Assembly (NCBI GenBank): GCA_964057225.1
Contig: OZ059899.1
Location: forward strand, 7,626,001 to 7,690,000
Length of the DNA: 64,000 nt
Direction of reading: 5' to 3'
DNA from: Auanema rhodensis
Taxonomy: Eukaryota; Animalia; Nematoda
Under the pieces are notes generated by a model. It had not been told where the DNA came from and made no database searches. It saw nothing but the letters and a program-made list of their open reading frames with translations. This document shows positions 55,420 to 64,000 of this stretch, one piece after another. Numbering within the stretch: position 1 is the stretch's first letter; every line of letters begins with the position of its first letter. The position numbers were made by a program, and so were the translations under genes.

Positions 55420-57208
55420 AAGCATCAGTTGAAGTAGTATGATCGCCCACGCTGTCACCGATTGCTTGTCAGAATCTAGTCAATGGAAGTAGGAAAGACG
55501 ATCAACGACGTCATATACTATACTATCCTTTCTCAGGTGTTTACAAGTCTATTTGGTCATAGCATCATATATGGTTAACTAACTTTCAAAAGTGCTAATA
55601 TATCCTTAATCAGTAATAACTTCTATGATATTCGAGAAAATCTGTACTTGATTAGAATATGAACTACAGTGCATATGTCTTAAGTTAACAAAAGCCAGCA
55701 ATATGAATATGTGCAATGATTTGGACAAAGATTTAAAAATATTATTTCATTCAATGAGAAAAAGATTTTAAAATATAAATCATATAAAATATATTATATC
55801 ACAAATATATATATACTATATATATATATTTGTATTTGTTTTGATTTTTTGAGGCTTGAAGAAGCAACGCACCCACACTTGTATATTAGTGTTGTAACAA
55901 TTACTATTTATATAATATATTTTTTATTTAGTTTATTTCATCGTTCTTCTTCTCAATTAAAAACGTTGAGAGATTGTACAGAACAATCTATAAAAGAGGG
56001 TGGGGGGGGGTGGTTGAAAAGTTATATTTTCTTGAAAAATATAAATGAAGTTATAATTAAAGTTATGAGAATATTTGTATACGTGTATGTTTTCCTAATT
56101 AAGATGTAAATAATCTAAAAAAATTATTCTAAAAATGAAAAAAAAAACCTTAAGAATATCAGCATTCAATTGAAAGCAACAACAACATACTACATACATC
56201 TATGTATGTACATGCAAACTATGTATGATGCTTGACTGTTTATAGATGAGAATGTATGATACACTTCAAAAGACGAACACGTTTGGATAAAAAATCAAGA
56301 AGAAAAAGAAAAAAAACAGATGAAGAGAAGGAAAAGATATATTTCAGTAAAAGGATTCTCGTTAAAATGATAATTACCATAAATTTAATAGCAACAACTT
56401 TGGAAAAGCAAGAATCATCAATTTAGTGCTTTGAAAACAATCAAAGAACGTTGTTCGTTAAAACTTTTGATGTGTAAAAAATGAATGAAACTTATAAATT
56501 ATAAAAATTAAAAAATCAAAACTAATTTTAAGTGAAGAAGTGAAGATATTTTGCAACAAAGAATCTGTATGATAAGGTTAAATTTTTTTTTTGGTCATGA
56601 ACTAGAGATCATATAAAGAAAGTATTTAGTAGTGTAAAAATAGAAAGAATATAAGCAGTTTAATTTAAAGAAAATTCGTTGAATTGATACTAATCTAAAA
56701 ATGTATATGAATGGCTATTTCGGTATAGGAATAATCCTTTTTTCAATTTCATTGCAATTGTTTCTTGAGAAGAAGGAAGATTTTTTTTTCGTTAAATACT
56801 CGAATAGTAGTCAGTTATTTTAGAATTAAACAATAACATAAATATTCAAATAATTTAATTCATAATTTTTAATATTAATTTAGTTTATTATATTTCGATA
56901 CCATATGTACTATATGTGCCAAGCCACCACCACTAAGCAGTTTATGTCAATTTACAGAACTGGTAACGAACATATAAACCAAAACAAAAACAATAAAAGA
57001 AAAATAAATGCTTTATAAGACTTACGTGGCAAATAACCAATTAGTTTTGCTTTCAACTAAAAATTTAGGCTGTCAAAGCTTAAAAAAAGTTTTGATGACA
57101 TTATGCCAAAGCTTTGACAACCATTGGGAATTCCTTGAAAGTGATTGGTGAGATTAAAGAATAGCCAAACAGCAATCACATTCAATGCCCACGAATAGCA
57201 AGCTAAAA

Positions 57209-57211
<3 letters not shown>

Positions 57212-57243
<32 letters not shown>
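57212..57243. repeat. (TC)n microsatellite
   Basis: Directly visible. Confidence 0.9.
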
Positions 57244-57245
<2 letters not shown>

Positions 57246-60200
57246 GCTATATCTATCTCTAGATCTCTCTCTATATTTTTCTCCCCCCCTCTCTCTTTCT
57301 AACTCTAGATCTCTCTGTCTCTCTCTATCTTTCTCTCCTTCTCTTTCGTTTATATCTTACTTTATCCAGGTTATATAAAACCAATACAATTTTTTTTCAA
57401 AAAACAATTTTAAAGTTTCATTGTATTTATATATGTAAACTGACGAGTTAAATATATAAAGAGTAAGTTATAACAATCTAAAAATGATTAATTATTATCT
57501 ACTTTTCAAGTATATAATAAAAGTATTTACAGGCTAATATGCTTAGCAAAATTCAAAGGATGTTAATTCTATTGCAGGGTTGAATATCGGAGAGGCTATA
57601 GATGATTTGTTGAATAAATGTTTCAAAATTTAAAATAAATGCTTTGTCAAGTCTTTTTTTTAAACAAAAGTTTCTTGATTTCAAAGTTTTACAAAAAATG
57701 CTTTGTTTCTGTTTTTTTTGAGAGTAAAACTGCTATGGCAATTAGATGAAGTTCATGATAGAGCCGAGTTGGTCCAGAAAAAGGATTAGCTCGAAGAACG
57801 GTGAAGAAGTGAAGATGAGAATCAAAGATGGGGAGATATGCAAGAAAAGACAAAAACGGAAGAGAAGAGCTGAATAAAAGTAAATGAGAACTTGCCAAAA
57901 GAAATATAAACAGGTTCCATAAGTAAATTAAACTCTCAGTAAGAATGATTGACTAATTCATAGATATCCAGATTTGGATATATAAAATGATGAAAGAGCA
58001 ACAACGGCTTCAAATGACTGAGCTTTTGTGAAAGCTTTTTGAAATAAGGATATAAAGAAGCACATGCTAGCCATTAGTACCAAGTGTTGTAAGAAGAAGA
58101 CTATGGAAAAGAATGAAACATATTAATTAGATAAATAAATACAGTATAGTGATAGAATATAATTAAAATAAATATTTTATAAAAAGTTTTTATCAATTTT
58201 ATATCAATGTATCCAAAATATTCAGAAATACTATTATTAGAAAAGATGAATGATTTCTGATTATTTGCATGTAAAACAACATAACTAATCGAAATAAAAC
58301 CTAATGAAAACCAAAGAAAACAACAAGAAAAAATTAAAACGAGGGTAGAATTCTGATTACTTAACTATGTATGTATAGGTTCAAATAGTTAATGTGATGA
58401 CATTGAAATCTTATAATATTATCAAAATACAACCGAACATAAAGATTAAAATTTGAAAAATGAGAATCTGAATTGTATAATTTAATTGAACTCGTTTAAT
58501 AGTAGACGTGAGTTCACCACGTAAGATTCATGTTGAAATAAGATGATGATGTCTAGTTTTTCTAATCTAATAACGAGCGAAAAGTGAAAATGAGGGATAT
58601 GACAGATAAAGTGAGAAAACTGAGATGACTTAACATGAGTTAAGAGAAGAATTTTATAAAAATTTCTTGGATAAATTTATGAAAAATATGTTTTCAATAC
58701 TTTTTTTTTCTTGTAGATTTCAGTAGTAGCTTGACCTATGGTGCCACATTCAGTTTTTTACACTTCATTGTTCTTCTGTTAATGAAAGTTGCAACGACGA
58801 CGACAAATAACGAGCATTGGGTTGTTGCAACAATGAGCATTTTCTCTTTCTTTAATTTTTTGAAAAAAGTTAAAATCAAAAATATCTTCGATCACAAATA
58901 TGGATATTCAAAGATATTTTGATCTATAGATTGACCTAACAGTTGCTAAGAGATGCGCTTTGGACTCATTACAGCATTCAGCGTAAGATTGACAAGCTCC
59001 AGTCAAAAAATTGAAAAGGAAAAAATGGTTGGTGAAGGAAAAAAAGATGTTATTAGAATACTGAATAGAAAATATTATGGGACTTTAAGATATGGTCAAT
59101 ACACCATCTTCATAAGCTTAAAGAAGTACTAATGCATCAATTTTAATACACAAAGTAAAGATTGTTGTTTGTATTATTCAATACTGAGAAAATTTTTTTA
59201 GTATACATGTGACTACAGATTCTGAGTTAAAAGTGACGAGTTCTTCAGTTAGAAACAAACAATAGAAACATATTGAGATATTATGTGGGTGGAAGGAAAG
59301 ACGATAAATTTCCATAACTTGTTACCCATCTTCTTTCTCTCTCGTTCTTTGTTTCAATTTCTTATTGTCGTTTTCTCTCTCTCTCTCTCTCTATTTATAT
59401 ATAACAATGTTTCATTGGTTTATGTTTTTTTTAACTCAAAGATTTTTTTCGAGAATTAGTTGCTATAAGTTCGTATTTGTATATCTCTCTTGTCTATCTT
59501 TTCAACTTAAGTTAGAACTCAGAACTCTCGAGCTTATATATGGATAGACATCTACATAGTTCCAGATGTAATAATGACTCTCATAGGAATCACATAATAT
59601 GTTTTAAAGAAAAAAGCCAAAACTTCTCCCAATGCGTGTATTATCATGAAACATTCAAATGAGTTAAACTCTGATATCTTAAAAACAAAGACAAGAACGA
59701 TTGTTGAGCATTGATAGTTAGTACGAATTTGCAGATATTCAAAAATTTTCAAAACTATAATATTTTATAAGTAATAAAGAAATAATAATAAGATCTTATA
59801 TCAAACTCAGAACTATTCTTGGTATTCCCAATAGAGTTTATGAAATTCTTTAAAATACCTTTCATAGTTTTTTTTTATCATCTTGAGTTATTTTTTTAAA
59901 TGCAAAATATTATCCATAATATTAAAATTTAAAAATTTATATTTAATTATATCAATTTTGCTAAATTTTGATATATGAATATTAGAAAAGTATTTTCAAT
60001 GACATGACTTTGCAAGTATGAATAAACGTTCGAATGCTTTGAGGATCAGGATGTGAAGAGGAGAAGCCTCAAATACTATTGACAAGGTGGAGAAAATGAG
60101 TGACAAGATGAAATGGAACGTAGATATGTGCAACTTTCATTATGCTTGAAAAAAAAAAACTACTGAATGTACATTATGAATAGTTTTAAGTCTGAATAGT

Positions 60201-62061
60201 GTCTGACGTAATAATAGATAGATAGGTCATTTGACCTGTGCAGTATTTTTCGTCTGATGAGAATATGAAATCTTAGTATATAGATTGTTGAAACATGATG
60301 TTTAATTAATAGTCATTGATGTTTTAATTTATATGATTCAATTAAAGAATATATATATATATGTATATGTATATCATATTTGAATTTGATACATAACATA
60401 TAATATGAAAATGACGAAATGAAAATTTATGTTTTGAAGTTCATAATGATCATTAAGAAACAAAAATTACTAAATGAGCAAGTTATGCTATACTAATTAC
60501 TTTATTGAAAAGTTCAAAGCTTATTTCAATATACATATATATATATATATATATGATTAGTATTTTTCAGAAGAGGAATCAGAAACTTAAAAGAAAAGTG
60601 GCAGAGAGTGATAGAGAATGAGGACGAATACTTAAGAAAATAAAAAAATTTGCATTTATATGCTTTTTTTAAAAACTTTTTTCAGGCTACATAGGGAAGT
60701 GGCTAAGTTTCATTTGAAGCACTTAATATATATATTATATTTAATTCTTTTGTGTTAGTTTATAGTTTAAAATTTAAAAAAGCTGAATATGCATAATTTT
60801 AAATAAATAATAATTAAAACAATTAAAATAATTATTAATTATATTTGTATTCATATACTTTGAACTAAAATACTATTATTGTGTAATAGATTATTTTTTA
60901 GATACACATGTAATAGCATATTCTTCTCTTTTTTTATTTTCTCACTCACAATTGTTTGGACAAAATATTCTTTTTCTTTAAAAAAAGGTAAAATGTACTT
61001 ACAATTCACCAAAAGTAAAAAAAAATGGTTATGAAGAAGCTGGAACATAAATCTTATAAAAAGCAGAAATAATATTTAATATACTATATACTATGACACT
61101 AGAAAACAATTGCGAATATGGACTTATTTAAGACAAAACTATGTTTCAGAGAAACACTTCCTCGAAATTTATTGACAAATTGGTGAAAACAATTGTTGTT
61201 TTAACATTTTTTTTTCAAAATTAAAATAGAAGTTAATTAGGAAACAATGGTTGTTTTTATATATGTTAAGTATATTTCAGATGCAAAATCGTATTAAAGT
61301 CAATTATCGGTATAAAAAAGGGCAAAACGATTTCAAAAATGAAATGTAACCGCACTGTGAACGAATTTCAAGGATAATATTAGCTGTTAACTAAACACGT
61401 TGGGGAGTCACGTAAAAAATTATTCTAATTTAAAAGAAAGTGTATATCAAACTATTATATGTACATATATGTATATAATATATATATATTTATATAAATA
61501 TCTATTTATAGAGAGTGAGGGAGGAAAATAAAAGTTATAGATAGCTCAGTCGAGCAATTGTTTTCAACCTGATTTCTATTTTTTTGTCGTCTTGTTGCCT
61601 GGCACAGCGAAATAAGCATAATACTTGTTAGAATATGCTTTCACTTCATTTCCGTACACTTGTGCACTGACTTCATAGAACTATTGGCTTCGAAATGAAA
61701 GATATTGTTTTTTTTTTCGAATTTCATCCACAAACATATATATAGTATATATAGATATATACACAATAAATAGATATAGTTAAATAATGAAAACAAGTAA
61801 GATGTAAACGATCATGAAGACGATAATGAAGAGAAGCGAATATAAAACAGAATATTGTCAAGGAATAGTCTTTTTTTGCTTTTCTTTTTCTTTCAGATTT
61901 TAGAATCATACTCTGTCTTATTTATACATATTTCTTCTACATCAATTTTTATAACACCAAGGTAATCCTGACCAACTATGAATTATTTTTTACATGAACT
62001 AAGGTAAAAAAATATAAATACAACAATAATAATATAGTATAATATAGAAAAAGATAGTATA

Positions 62062-62063
<2 letters not shown>

Positions 62064-62101
<38 letters not shown>

Positions 62102-62104
62102 TAT
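62064..62104. repeat. (TA)n microsatellite
   Basis: Directly visible. Confidence 0.9.
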
Positions 62105-64000
62105 ACATACATGTATGTATGTATGTACAAAAGTAATAATATGCTTTTCAATTGTTCTTTTGTTGAGCTTCAAAATCTGAGCTTTGAATAACCTCTTTGA
62201 AGCTGTCAAAAACATAAACTATCCGGTTATCCGGTATAAGTGCATATGAAAGACATCAGAGAATACATGTATGTGAGGTATACGAAAGCGAGATTTAGAT
62301 ATAGAAAGTACGGAAGAGGAAGGAAACTAATAAAGACAATAGGATGGAGAGAAAAAGTGTATGTGTGTTTGTGAGAGAAAGGGAGAGAGAGAGAGAAATA
62401 TACAGGAAGAAAATGATTTCTCATATAAAGAAACCTTTCTTGATGCTGCTATAAATATCAGCCTTGCAACACTTTATATAGGTTTGTTGTTGAAAAAAGT
62501 TTGGAATATGCTTATAAATGAGATAGTGTTTGTATCAATATTTGGTGAAAATCAACTTCACGAAAAGTCCTTAATAAAATATCAAATCTTATCCATTGCT
62601 ACAAGAGTAACTATGTAGGTATGTATCTATGTAAATGTTTTTTTATGCATAATATTTACGAAATTTGTAATATATAAAAGTTAATTTATGTATTTATATT
62701 TAGTATAATTTAGAATATTTTTTTCAAAGTTAAGAAGAACAAAAATCAAAGATGTGTCAAATACATCAAAATGAAAAACACGGGAAGCGGAAGATGAACT
62801 GTCTTGAACGGAAATGAAAAGAGAAGCAATAGATTTATGGATGTGTGAAGCTCATTTCCCTATATTCTTTCTCTTTTAAGAGGCATTATAGTATAAGTTT
62901 CAAAAAAAGGAGGAAAAAATAAATAATTTTAAAAATAAAAGAAAAGAAAATTAAATATATTTTATATAAAATTAAGAATTAATCATACATATTATGGATA
63001 TTTTATATTTCTCAATACATATTTATACACTATCTGTATGGATGTTCATTCATTATACTTAATAGTTATTTTATTTTATATTATAATAAATAAAATATAT
63101 TATTTAGAATACTAGAAACTATTTTGTTTTGATAATTAAATCGTTAGAAACAAAAAGAATAAATCCTGCTGATTGTACACGCAATATTGTTTTTTTTAAA
63201 CGTTCTACTCATGCTAATTAAATACAAAAGAAATTATTTCATTATATAAAGTAATTAAAACACTTAAACTTTTTTATTTTATTGAACAAAAAATGAGAAA
63301 TTGAATTATGAGTAATCTACTTATTGAATAAGATTTAGGATCAAATGCTAATGATACATCATTTTTTTGAAATATTTACTTAATCTTTTAATTATAAACG
63401 TACTAACCTTTGTTACCAAATCCATAATAAATATCTTCACCTGATTACAGAAAATCTGAAAACATCATTGTTTAGTGATTTTGTTTTACGACATTGAGGT
63501 TATAAGACAGAAGTAACGAAAATGACGAAAATGAATAATGGGAGCAAAACTAGACTGCAAAATTCATTATAATCCAGGTTGACATATCCAAGACGTTAGT
63601 GGATTTATTTGTAAAATTTACTAAAAATAAAAACAAGAAGAAGAAAGTCATGACGACAATTCTCATATTTTGATAAACATTACTAAAAGTTTTTTCTGTT
63701 TCCCCCTTTTCTCACTCTTTCTCTTTGACTATCTATACAGCGAAAATGCTACTTTTGCTTTTGAAAAGATATTCTTTGAAATAATTTTAAAAAACAATTA
63801 ATAAATAGAAATTAATAACTTGGAACTGTTGAAATAATAAAATGAAAACTGGAAAATATATACATATGTGTAGATATTGTTATGAATCACGCTTAAGATT
63901 ACCAGCTATCAAATAGAATACAAAGTCAAAAGGACGATAGAACTATCTAAAATTGAAAAAAAAAAAGAAAATACAAAAATATTTTTCGAAATTTAAAATA

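Noticed and set aside
62245-62266. TGAAAGACAT matching the 5' end of miR-71
   Set aside because: Only 10 nt match, and there is no complementary star arm nearby.

Overview
Very AT-rich eukaryotic DNA from a nematode, judged by the many 45-60 nt introns, TTTTCAG-type acceptors and nematode-specific gene families. The ORF track is largely uninformative because genes are split into many small exons, so gene models were built by hand from splice sites. Ten protein-coding genes are supported, in order: the 5' part of the O2-sensing soluble guanylate cyclase gcy-35 (-, runs off the left edge), a receptor guanylate cyclase (-), an Sre-class chemoreceptor (-), a secreted multi-PAN/apple mucin-like protein (-), peroxidasin (-), a ZP-domain cuticlin-like protein (+), Integrator subunit 2 (-), a PAP2 lipid phosphate phosphatase (+), an uncharacterised CxxC-containing SAM-dependent methyltransferase (+, probably in an operon with the phosphatase), and a FMRFamide-receptor-like GPCR (-) with a ~14 kb gene-free upstream region. 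No tRNA, rRNA, CRISPR array or intact transposon was recognised. The best leads are: a GC-AG intron, an ATG-only first coding exon and a proximal AHR element in gcy-35; CpG-rich, structured, possibly antisense-transcribed sequence inside gcy-35 introns; the candidate operon with a Ur-like element; and the orphan methyltransferase. I cannot claim a new biological system from the sequence alone.
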